In this document: positions 46,686-55,591 of the stretch, in pieces | Layout: each line of letters starts with the position of its first letter | How positions within the stretch are numbered: position 1 is the stretch's first letter | Origin: Candidatus Defluviicoccus seviourii | GTDB taxonomy: Bacteria; Pseudomonadota; Alphaproteobacteria; Rhodospirillales; Defluviicoccaceae | Assembly (NCBI GenBank): GCA_900609035.2 | Contig: UXAT02000012.1 | Coordinates: 77,278 to 141,277, forward strand | Reading direction: 5' to 3' | DNA: 64,000 nt | Position numbers and translations under genes: made by a program | Notes under the pieces: model-generated | The model's database searches: none | What the model saw: the letters and a program-made list of their open reading frames with translations, nothing else | Told to the model about the DNA's origin: nothing

Positions 46686-47585
46686 TTAGCGGTGGGTGAC
46701 GAGAAACACGCCGACGGCAGCAGCGATCATGCCCACGATTGCCAACAGGCCTAGCGTCTCGTCAAACACGATGTAGGCAATCAGCGCGGTCGAAGCCGGT
46801 ACCAGGTAGAACAGGCTTGCGACATTGGCTGCAGCCCCATGGCGTATCATCCAATAGAAGAGCGTGACGGCACCGATCGACAAAACGAGCGTCAACCAGG
46901 CGAGCGCGAAGGTGAACTCCGGCACCCAGTCGACCTGCATGGTTTCGAATAGCGGGGCAAGGACGAGAAAAATCAGCAGGACGGTGCCGAACTGGATGGC
47001 CGAACCGGTGACGAGGCTGGTCCCACCGAGGTGGCGCTTCTGATAGAGCGTACCTGCGGTGATCCCTGCCACCGCGATCAACGCCGAGAACACGCCCCAG
47101 GCATCGGCGCCGCGAAAATGCAGCTTGTCGCTCACGACCAGCACCACGCCGATAAGACCGCAGACAATTCCGAACCACTGCTTGGGCTTGACGCTTTCGC
47201 CCAGATACCAGCCGGACACGGCAGCAGTCAGGAGCGGCTGCAGGCTGCCGATCAGCGCGGCGACGCCGGCCGGAACCCCCAGTGAAATCGCAACGAAGAT
47301 ACCACCGAGATAGCACCCCTGGATCAATGTGCCGGCGACGGCGAGACGGCCGACGACCGACCAGGAGTTCGGCCACGGCGAGCGCAGCAGGAGTGCAGCG
47401 GCAGTGAGTATCGAGGTTGTACAGATGAAGCGCAGCAGCAGAAACGTCAGGGGGCCAGAGTGCGGCAAGCCGAACTTGGCACCGATGAAGCCGGTGCTCC
47501 ACAACAGCACAAAGACTGCCGGAACGACCTTGACGAGGGCCCCAGACGGCTGGGCTAGGGCTGATGTGTTCGGGGCTCCGGTCAT
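46686..47585 (-). CDS. DMT/EamA family transporter
   Basis: LWSTGFIGAK, GSLQPLLTA, LFYLVPASTA; ten-TM pattern. Confidence 0.92.
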   Translation of the reverse strand: MTGAPNTSALAQPSGALVKVVPAVFVLLWSTGFIGAKFGLPHSGPLTFLLLRFICTTSILTAAALLLRSPWPNSWSVVGRLAVAGTLIQGCYLGGIFVAISLGVPAGVAALIGSLQPLLTAAVSGWYLGESVKPKQWFGIVCGLIGVVLVVSDKLHFRGADAWGVFSALIAVAGITAGTLYQKRHLGGTSLVTGSAIQFGTVLLIFLVLAPLFETMQVDWVPEFTFALAWLTLVLSIGAVTLFYWMIRHGAAANVASLFYLVPASTALIAYIVFDETLGLLAIVGMIAAAVGVFLVTHR

Positions 47586-47607
47586 TCGCGCGTCCAGGTC
47601 CAGCCGG

Positions 47608-49449
47608 TTATTCCGTTCGCACAGTGAATTCCACCTTCCAGCGCTTCTCGGAATTGGTGTGCTTCATCCATAACTCGAGCGTACCGAGCTCCGTCATCAC
47701 GGCGTTGATCTGCACCGGCACCGGCTGGCCGGCCGGGAACTCGGCCGCAGCGGGGAGGTTGACCTCAATCAGACTGGTCTCCTCCAGCTCGTGCTCGGCA
47801 TCAGCCAGGATCTCGCCCGGCTTGTCGCCGCTGCGCACCTCGGAGGAGAAGAAGCGGAACTCCGCCGGCTGGCCGGTGACGAGGCCGAACTTCTGCCCTT
47901 CGATCAGCAGTTCGGAACCCTCCTCCAACCCTTGCGGGACGACACACAGCGCCTTGATCGGCGGCTTGAAGCCGGGAATGGCGGGCATCGAGGTTTCAAG
48001 ACCAATGTAATAGGAGCGCGCGGCGCCGGCCTTGATGCGGATGCCCTTGCCGGTCGCGCGCGTGCGACCGTAGATGGCAGCCCCCTTGGCAACCGCCAGA
48101 TCCGGCTGGAAGCCCTCCAGCTCCTTGAGCGGCTGGGCATCGTTCCAGCCGGTGAGCAGTTCCAGAACGCGGCTGCGGATCGCTTGTGCCTTGAACACGC
48201 CGCCGTTGAAGAGCACCGCCGTCGGCGCGAGAAAATCCTTCTGCAGCGCCTTCTCGCCGACGAGCGCGCTCAACGTCGTGCTCGCCTTCACGTTGGCAAG
48301 GCTGCGGGTGAGAAAGCGAGCCAAATGCTTGCTGACCACAGGATCGGCGGCGTAGGGCAGGCCGAACTCCTGCAGACCGGTGCGCCGACCTTCCTGCGGC
48401 AGATCCGAGATCGCGGTCATGGCGAAGAAGCCGTCGAGCACGACTTGGTCCAGCGTTGCCCGGTCAAGCCGGGTCGAGAGCGTTCCGGCGAACAGGCTGG
48501 AACCGCGCGAAGGAACCGCGATCGGCGCTTCTACGAGGCTCTCGTCCTCAAACAGCGCTACCTTGGCCTTGGCGGCGGCGTGGATCAGCGCCAGGAACTG
48601 CCAAGCGTCGATCGTCTTGCCGTCTGCCGCCAGCTTCGCCTGAAGCGTGTAGGCGAGCGCCAAGTCCATGTTGTCGCCGCCCAAAAGGATGTGCTCGCCG
48701 ACACTGATGCGCTCCAGCGCCAGCTCGCCGCCCTGCTCGGTTACGGCGATCAGGCTGAAATCCGCCGTGCCGCCGCCGACATCGCAGACCAGCACGATGT
48801 CGCCGGGGCCGACCTGGGAGCGCCATTCCTTGCCGGCCTGCGCCGTCCAGGCATAGAACGCCGCCTGCGGCTCCTCGAGCAGCGTGACCTTGCCGAGGCC
48901 TGCTGCCTCGGCGGCCTCCGCGGTCAGGTTGCGGGCCACGTCATCAAACGACGCCGGCACGGTCAGCACGATCTGGCCTTCGCTCAAGTCCCAGTCGCGG
49001 CCCTGCCGGCGCTCTGCATGGAGGAAGCCTTGGCACAGGTGCTCAAGGTAGCGGCGCGAACACTCAAACGCGGAGAGCTTCTGCTCCTCGATTTCCGACT
49101 TCCACGGCAGCGCCGCGACACGGGGATCGATGTGCGGATTGGAGAGCCACGACTTCGCCGAGGTGACCAGCCGATCAGGGACCAGCGCGCCGTGGTCGCG
49201 GGCGAAATGGCCGATGATGGTGCGCTCGCCCGCCCCTTGCGGCCACGGCAGCGGAAAAGCTTCCGCCGTAAACTCCTCCGCGTGTGGAATGTAGAGCGCC
49301 GACGGCAGGGTCGGCTTTTCGCCCACCGTGTTCGGACCCAGCACCTGGCTGATGTCGACGATCTCGGTCTGGTCAGTCGCGAAATCGGTGACAGCGATCG
49401 CGCTGTTGCTGGTTCCGAGATCGATCCCGAGGCTGAAGCGTGCGGTCAT
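47608..49449 (-). CDS. Atypical Hsp70-family protein
   Basis: GIDLGTSNS, TVPASFD, LEEPQAA, DVGGGTADFS, LGGDNMD, AVAKGAA; C-terminus is not DnaK-like; start set to ATG 49449. Confidence 0.9.
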   Translation of the reverse strand: MTARFSLGIDLGTSNSAIAVTDFATDQTEIVDISQVLGPNTVGEKPTLPSALYIPHAEEFTAEAFPLPWPQGAGERTIIGHFARDHGALVPDRLVTSAKSWLSNPHIDPRVAALPWKSEIEEQKLSAFECSRRYLEHLCQGFLHAERRQGRDWDLSEGQIVLTVPASFDDVARNLTAEAAEAAGLGKVTLLEEPQAAFYAWTAQAGKEWRSQVGPGDIVLVCDVGGGTADFSLIAVTEQGGELALERISVGEHILLGGDNMDLALAYTLQAKLAADGKTIDAWQFLALIHAAAKAKVALFEDESLVEAPIAVPSRGSSLFAGTLSTRLDRATLDQVVLDGFFAMTAISDLPQEGRRTGLQEFGLPYAADPVVSKHLARFLTRSLANVKASTTLSALVGEKALQKDFLAPTAVLFNGGVFKAQAIRSRVLELLTGWNDAQPLKELEGFQPDLAVAKGAAIYGRTRATGKGIRIKAGAARSYYIGLETSMPAIPGFKPPIKALCVVPQGLEEGSELLIEGQKFGLVTGQPAEFRFFSSEVRSGDKPGEILADAEHELEETSLIEVNLPAAAEFPAGQPVPVQINAVMTELGTLELWMKHTNSEKRWKVEFTVRTE

Positions 49450-49540
49450 GGTTTCGCTGTATTCCGTTGTCGTAGAAGCGGGCTTGGGCGCCTCGCGCAC
49501 ACACGCCGCACGCTTGGGCTCGCACGGCCGTCAGAAGGTC

Positions 49541-50155
49541 CTATTTCAGCTCGACCTCGGCCGGCGCGATGGCGGGCAGACGGTCGCCGGAAACCGCAAC
49601 CACGCGCGGCAGTTTGACCTTGTCGGTCTGCCAGCCACGGTGGACGAGGGTGCCAGAAAACGGCGGCTCACCGCTGATCCTGCCGACCAGACGGTAGGCA
49701 TCGGCCGGGTAGCCCGTCGGTACGCTGATCTTCGCCCCTTCGTTCTCAGTGCGTACGGGTGTGATGCGGAAGTGCTCGGCGAGGACCGCCTTGCAGCCGG
49801 CTTGCACGACCCGCGCAGCCGCGCCGACCTGGGCATCCGGATAGGCGGTGATGTCATCCATCACGAAATCGACGAGCCGGCCTTTTTCCTGCAGGAGGGC
49901 CAGAAAACTCACGATCTCAGCCTCGGCCTGCAGCGCCGGTTCGGGAGGCGGAGGCGCGGCGGCAGCGACCGGGGCCGAGGCGACCACAGGTTTGCCTGCA
50001 CCGCTTGGCGCAAAGAGGGCGGTAAGCAAGATGATGCCGCCAATCGCCAGCGCGCCGATCGTCAGATAGAACTGATGCGGCGCAGCCTCCGGCACAAGCG
50101 TCAGGCCGACCAAGGCAAGCAAGGCTAGCGCCAGAACGATCAACAATGCTCTCAT
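49541..50155 (-). CDS. DUF2760 domain membrane protein
   Basis: Two N-terminal TM helices, LALLQEKGRLVDF, DAQVGAAARVV, GEPPFSGTLVHRGW; start set to ATG 50155. Confidence 0.8.
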   Translation of the reverse strand: MRALLIVLALALLALVGLTLVPEAAPHQFYLTIGALAIGGIILLTALFAPSGAGKPVVASAPVAAAAPPPPEPALQAEAEIVSFLALLQEKGRLVDFVMDDITAYPDAQVGAAARVVQAGCKAVLAEHFRITPVRTENEGAKISVPTGYPADAYRLVGRISGEPPFSGTLVHRGWQTDKVKLPRVVAVSGDRLPAIAPAEVELK

Positions 50156-50218
50156 GTTCTTTTGATCTCTTGGTCCCACGGGTCGTCCGCCAACGGGCGT
50201 GCCGTCGTGCGAGGGCAG

Positions 50219-50246
50219 AATCGGGGCAGGTCTGCCGGTCGTCAAG
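50219..50246 (-). promoter_or_regulatory. Candidate RpoH (sigma32)-type promoter for DUF2760-Hsp70
   Basis: Minus strand CTTGAC-N14-CCCCGATT about 65 bp upstream of the DUF2760 ATG. Confidence 0.35.
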
Positions 50247-50519
50247 GGTCCTTTGCGTGTCGTGGCGTGCACGACCGGTGGCGGCAAACAAGAATCCGGT
50301 GGCCCTGCCGGCCCGATCCGGTGCGGTGCAAGCGCACTCCACTTGACCCTGTTCCGGCCGAAACTCACTTTGTTTTCATAGTGTTACGATTGCGGACGGA
50401 GAAACGATTAGTGGTTGGCGACAGTGCAAGCTATAGTTCAACATGAGGGTGTATGCAGCCGTAGAAGGCCTGCATTCGCCCATGCCGGCGCACTCGCAAG
50501 AAGTGGAATTGCCCCGACG

Positions 50520-51833
50520 ATGGCATTCTTGGATCAGATCGCGATGGCGCTGGCACTGGCGCTGGGATCGGGCGTGCTGCACGCACTCGGCGCGATTGCC
50601 CTCTCCGAAGCGGCGGTAGAATCGTTGCAAACGGCGTTTACCGCTCTGTGGGTGGCGCTCTACATCTGGGCGGGCGGCAAGCTCATGCTGGGGCATGGCT
50701 TGGACTGGATGCGGTGGCTGGTCGCCCAGCGGCTGGCGCTGTTGGTGGTGCTCGTCATCGCCGCATGTTCGGTCCTGTGGTCGGTACAGCCTGTGCTGAC
50801 GGCCCAGCGATCGATCCATCTTGTCGGCACGACGCTGTTGGCCGTCTACATCGGCTATCATCTGCCAACAAAGGCGGTCATCGATGTCTTAGGCATCGTG
50901 CTGGCCGGTCTTGTTGTCGGCGGCGTTGTTGTCGCGCTTGTGTTTCCCGAGGTTGGACTGCACGACTACGAAGGAAAGCTTGTCTGGCGCGGCCTGCAGC
51001 AGGAAAAGAATACGTTTGGACTGACATCGACGACGGCGTTTCTTTTCTTTTTTGTTCGCTCCGTTTCCGTCAACCGCGCGCGTCCCTGGCTTGATTGGGC
51101 GCTCTGCGCGGTTTCCCTCGTGACTCTCATCATGAGCGACAGTGCGACCTCGATGGGAGCGCTTCTGGCCGGGCTTACGATTGCGCTGTGCTTCCTAATC
51201 GCTGCCGGCGGGCGGATAACGACTTTGGTGCCGTTGTTGAGCGTCGGCGGCGGCCTGTGTGTCGCGTTGCTGGTGCTCCTCCTTACCACCGGCACTGGCG
51301 AACTCTTCGAACTGTTCGGCCGCTCGTCCGATATCACCGGGCGCACGGTGATCTGGAACGGCGTCTTGAACCTGATCGACAAGCACGTCCTGTTCGGCCT
51401 GGGCTATGGCAGCATTTGGTTCCCCCGACCACAGGAAGGCTGGCTGCAGATGAGCCTCCTGGGCACCCATTGGGTCGCCTTTCACGCCCACAACGCGCTG
51501 TTGCAGGTCGCCTCCGAACTCGGGCTCATCGCCGCCATCGCCGCGGTCGTCTTGCTGGCGCAAACGTTTTACGAGGCAATTCGGATGTTCTTGCGCACAC
51601 ATCAACCGTTTGCGCTGTTCCTGATTGCATTCAACGCTGCTTTCATCGTCGTCAATGTGTTTGAGGCGCTCTTGTTCTCCGACCGGAGCCCGGCGTGGCT
51701 GCTGTTCATCGCCTTGCCGATCGCGCTTCTCAAGTCTTCGCCTGTCGCTTCCGGAAGTCCGGACCCTGCTGGTCCCCGCTGGCATCACACCAAGCCGCTT
51801 GGCAGCGATGATGCAGGGGTAGTGCAGACATAA
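50520..51833 (+). CDS. O-antigen ligase / Wzy polymerase family (ExoQ-like)
   Basis: Multi-TM; WRGLQQEKN, SDSATS, ITGRTVIW, FGLGYG, HAHNALLQ; start approximate. Confidence 0.88.
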   Translation: MAFLDQIAMALALALGSGVLHALGAIALSEAAVESLQTAFTALWVALYIWAGGKLMLGHGLDWMRWLVAQRLALLVVLVIAACSVLWSVQPVLTAQRSIHLVGTTLLAVYIGYHLPTKAVIDVLGIVLAGLVVGGVVVALVFPEVGLHDYEGKLVWRGLQQEKNTFGLTSTTAFLFFFVRSVSVNRARPWLDWALCAVSLVTLIMSDSATSMGALLAGLTIALCFLIAAGGRITTLVPLLSVGGGLCVALLVLLLTTGTGELFELFGRSSDITGRTVIWNGVLNLIDKHVLFGLGYGSIWFPRPQEGWLQMSLLGTHWVAFHAHNALLQVASELGLIAAIAAVVLLAQTFYEAIRMFLRTHQPFALFLIAFNAAFIVVNVFEALLFSDRSPAWLLFIALPIALLKSSPVASGSPDPAGPRWHHTKPLGSDDAGVVQT

Positions 51834-51875
51834 AAAAGCCGCTGCGACCCGTAATCGTGGCGGAAACCTGAAAAA

Positions 51876-53141
51876 ATGAGCAACTATCTATTTCGCACAA
51901 GAAAAATCGGCCCGCCAAAGTTCTCAAGTCTGTGCTTCGACTTTTTGACGCGGTTGGTTCCGCCACGCGTTATTGTCGAATGCCTGCTCAAAGCGCGCCG
52001 CCGCATCCTCACCGCGCTCGCGCAAGTGTACCTGCCAATCGTGACACGCGAGCGCCTGCGCGACGGCCGCGGGCCCTGGCGAACCGAGCCCTTCGGCGCC
52101 GAGGACGCGATCGCGCAGCCAACCTTAAGCGTTGTCGGCGCAGAACCTGCGGAGCTGGTGCGGGTTCCGCGCAAGTTCAGCTTGCGCAAGCCATTCGTCA
52201 GCGTCATTCCCGATGCGACACTGATCGGCCCGAGCGCCTTCGCCCTCGACTCGCAAGGAAGAGTCCTGATGGACTCGGTCGGTCCCGATTTTGATGACGG
52301 GACGCCCGGGTTCTTTGCCCTGCCGATGGACGTTCTTGTCAAGCGCCTGACGGCGCGTCCCCAGATCGTCATCGAGGAGCCCGTCTGTTCTCTGGTAACA
52401 ACGTTCAGTTGGATCTACGGCCATTGGTTGATCGAGGGTCTGCCACGGCTCGAGGGCTATGAGCTTTACCGGCAGCACAGCGCGGATAAGCCGCTCCTGC
52501 TGATCAACGAGCATCCGCAGTCCTGGAAGATGCAATCGCTGGAATTGATGGGCTATGGCCCGGCCGACGTCATGCTGTGGTCGCATCCGGCCGCACGCGT
52601 CAAGACCCTGGTCCTGCCCTCGATCCGTCGCCAGTCCGGCTGGCCCGAGCCCCGCGCCTGCGCCTGGCTGCGCGAGCGGCTGATCGGTGGTCTGCCGCCG
52701 CCGGCGCCGTCATCGCCGCGTTATGCGTCGCGTGTTCTCGTTTCACGCGGGAGTGCACCCGGTCGCCGTATCCTCAACGAGGATGCGTTGCTGGAGGCGT
52801 TGGCACCACTCGGTTTCGCTCGCTATCAGACCGATTCCATGCATTTTGCTGAAGAGGTGCGCTTATTTTCCGGCGCCGAGATCATCATTGCGCTGCATGG
52901 CTCTGGCCTGATGAACGCGGTCATGTCACCGAACCGGCCGCTGGTGATCGACCTCTTCGATGGCTTCTGGAGCGCCGATTTCATCAAGTTGGCAGCCGCG
53001 ATCGGCGCCCGCTACGCATGCGTGCGCGGCCAGCCGGTACCGGCCAAAGCACACGGCCGATGGGTCGACAACGATTGCCTGGTTGACGTCGACGCCATCG
53101 TCCGGCTGATTCAGGCGACCGAGGCCGAACGGGGACGCTAG
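51876..53141 (+). CDS. Glycosyltransferase family 61 (DUF563)
   Basis: YGHWLIEGLPRL, VSRG...RRILNE, IALHGSGLMN. Confidence 0.82.
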   Translation: MSNYLFRTRKIGPPKFSSLCFDFLTRLVPPRVIVECLLKARRRILTALAQVYLPIVTRERLRDGRGPWRTEPFGAEDAIAQPTLSVVGAEPAELVRVPRKFSLRKPFVSVIPDATLIGPSAFALDSQGRVLMDSVGPDFDDGTPGFFALPMDVLVKRLTARPQIVIEEPVCSLVTTFSWIYGHWLIEGLPRLEGYELYRQHSADKPLLLINEHPQSWKMQSLELMGYGPADVMLWSHPAARVKTLVLPSIRRQSGWPEPRACAWLRERLIGGLPPPAPSSPRYASRVLVSRGSAPGRRILNEDALLEALAPLGFARYQTDSMHFAEEVRLFSGAEIIIALHGSGLMNAVMSPNRPLVIDLFDGFWSADFIKLAAAIGARYACVRGQPVPAKAHGRWVDNDCLVDVDAIVRLIQATEAERGR

Positions 53142-53212
53142 CGCCAGCTCGCGGCAACGGGCGATCCGGTCCCTCCAGGGGCGAATTTCCGACAACCGCA
53201 GGGAGACGGCGG

Positions 53213-54535
53213 GTGCCGAACAACGCCGGCGGCGAACAGCCAGCCAGTCAGCAGCGCGTCTGGGCGCGTCTCGCCCGCCACCGTGCGCTGATCGTCTCCT
53301 ACCTGCAGGCGTTCTCCGGCCAGCTCGGCCTCAGCCTGTTCAACTTCTGCCTCAACATCTTCCTGGTTCGGACGCTGCCGCCCCAGGAGTACGGCATCTT
53401 CGCGTTTGCGCTCGTCGCCGGCCAAGTGGCGATGTACGTCAACGGCGCCCTGGTTGCAGCGCCATTGATGGTGCACGCGCCGGCATGCGAGCCGCCGGCA
53501 GCACGCCGTGAGCTTGAGGCGCGCCTCTATGCGCTGAATACGTTGATTGCAGTTGCAATGTTCGGGTTCGCGTTCGCCTATGCAATCGCCCAGTACGGTG
53601 AAAGGGAAGCCGGCGGCGGCTGGGTCGTTATTGCTTTCGCTCTCTATGTACTCACCTTCATGCAACGGCACTTGACCCGCTGCGCCGCCTACGCGCGCCA
53701 GCTGCCCGGAATTGCCTGCGCAGGCGATCTTGGCGTCGTCGCACTTGCCTGTCTCGTCCTGCTCGCCGGCTGGGCGGTAACCGGTGGCTTCGGCGTCGCC
53801 TTCGTGCTCGCGGTGCTCGCGGCCGCCAACGCGTGCATGTCGGCCGTGGAAATGCACCGCCTCGGAGTGCGGCCGATGGCACCCTCTCGTGCGCGCATCC
53901 GCGGATACGGCCACCTGTGGCTGGAGACGCGATGGGCACTCCTGGGCTCAACGACGACGTTCGCGCAGTCGCAGGCGCACAGCGTCATCGTCTCGACCGC
54001 CGCCGGACCGACCGCGTTTGCACCGCTCGCGGCCGGTCAGGTCGTCATCGCTCCAGTCGGGATCGCGATGTTTGCGCTCCAGAACGCAATGGTCTCGCGG
54101 TTGTCGATCGCGGTCAGCCGCTCCGACCGGGCCGCCATCCGGCTGATCGTTGTCTTCATGACGCTGACGCTGCTGGCGATGGTAGCAGGCATCGGCGTGC
54201 TCACCTTCGCACTTTGGGATTTCATTTGGGATGCACTTTTCCAGGCCAAGTACAGCACCTACCCGATGGGTTGGCTGGTCTTCGGCTTCTGGTGCGTCGG
54301 CCTTGTACGTGCACTCTACACGGCACCAAGCTGCCTTCTCGTTGCGCTGCGCGAGTTCAGAAGTCTGGCCTTGGCGAGCCTTTTCGGCGGCGGCGTCAGC
54401 CTTCTCTGCGTGGGAGTGATCTTGCAGGTGGCGCCCTTCTATTGGACCGCAGCAGGCGTTCTTCTCGGCGAATTGAGCTTCCTCGTCGCTCTGATGGTTC
54501 TTGTCGCGCGCAAGCTCGACACCGTGAAAAAATAG
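53213..54535 (+). CDS. Wzx-like flippase / polysaccharide export protein
   Basis: About 12 hydrophobic segments, RTLPPQEYGIFA; in a polysaccharide gene context. Confidence 0.72.
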   Translation: MPNNAGGEQPASQQRVWARLARHRALIVSYLQAFSGQLGLSLFNFCLNIFLVRTLPPQEYGIFAFALVAGQVAMYVNGALVAAPLMVHAPACEPPAARRELEARLYALNTLIAVAMFGFAFAYAIAQYGEREAGGGWVVIAFALYVLTFMQRHLTRCAAYARQLPGIACAGDLGVVALACLVLLAGWAVTGGFGVAFVLAVLAAANACMSAVEMHRLGVRPMAPSRARIRGYGHLWLETRWALLGSTTTFAQSQAHSVIVSTAAGPTAFAPLAAGQVVIAPVGIAMFALQNAMVSRLSIAVSRSDRAAIRLIVVFMTLTLLAMVAGIGVLTFALWDFIWDALFQAKYSTYPMGWLVFGFWCVGLVRALYTAPSCLLVALREFRSLALASLFGGGVSLLCVGVILQVAPFYWTAAGVLLGELSFLVALMVLVARKLDTVKK

Positions 54536-54589
54536 GCAGCGGCGGTACGGCTTCCCAAGCCGTCCGCCTCGAACCGGAAAGTTGAACGC

Positions 54590-55561
54590 ATGTCCGTCCT
54601 CGTTTCCGTCGTCATCCCGACCTACAACCGCGCCCACGTGATCGGCCGGGCGCTGCGCTCCTGCTGCGAACAGAGCCTGCGCGACTTCGAGGTTGTCATC
54701 GCCGATGACGAGAAGTCGACCGATAACATCGCCGAAGCGATTGCGGCTTTCCCTGAGCTTTCGATCCGGCTGTTGTCCGGTGTGCGTGGCAAGGCGGCCG
54801 CTGCGCGCAATGCGGGCGTGCGCGCCGCTTCCGGTACCTACGTCGCCTTCCTCGATTCCGACGACGAATTCCTGCCGCCCAAGTTGGAAGCATGCGTGGC
54901 CGTGCTCGAACGAGGCGAGGCGGACGCGGTCTACAGCCAGACGTATGTCGAGTGCGGCGTCGACCGGCTGTGGGTGAAGCCGCCGCGCGGCATCGCCGCC
55001 AGCGAGGACATCTCCGAATATCTGTTTGTCGACCAGGGCTGGGTACATCCCAGCACCCTGGTGCTGCCGCGGACATGGGCGCTCAAGTCGCCCTTCGCCG
55101 AGGGCTTGGGCTACGGCGACGATGCCCAGTTCGCGATCGATCTGGTGCACGCCGGCGCCCGGCTCAAGATGATCGAGGAGCCGCTGGCGATCTACCATGA
55201 TACCGGCGGCGCCGACCATTTGTCGCTTTCGCTCTATTATGAAGACTTTGAGTCCTCGAACAACAAGGCGTTCGTGGGCTGGATGGAAGGCAAGCGGCCG
55301 CTGATCCCGGAGCGCGCCTACCTGGCGTTCAACGTGCGCGTTCGCGCCCGCATGATCGCGCGCAGCCGCCCAGCCGAGGCCTGTGCGCACCTGTGGCGGG
55401 CCCACCGTGGCGGCGTATTCGGTCTAGCCAAGTCGCTGTACTACACGGCGCAGGTGTTCTGTCCGCGCCTGTTCCGAATGGCGCGCGATCTGGTCGTGCG
55501 CTGGCGGGGCCGGCCGCAGCCCGTTCGCCGCCTGCCGCTGCTCGAACGCAAGCAGAACTGA
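54590..55561 (+). CDS. Glycosyltransferase family 2
   Basis: VSVVIPTYNR, ARNAGV, VAFLDSDD. Confidence 0.93.
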   Translation: MSVLVSVVIPTYNRAHVIGRALRSCCEQSLRDFEVVIADDEKSTDNIAEAIAAFPELSIRLLSGVRGKAAAARNAGVRAASGTYVAFLDSDDEFLPPKLEACVAVLERGEADAVYSQTYVECGVDRLWVKPPRGIAASEDISEYLFVDQGWVHPSTLVLPRTWALKSPFAEGLGYGDDAQFAIDLVHAGARLKMIEEPLAIYHDTGGADHLSLSLYYEDFESSNNKAFVGWMEGKRPLIPERAYLAFNVRVRARMIARSRPAEACAHLWRAHRGGVFGLAKSLYYTAQVFCPRLFRMARDLVVRWRGRPQPVRRLPLLERKQN

Positions 55562-55591
55562 GGAGCAGCGGCGAGGCGCATAACCAGCGGA

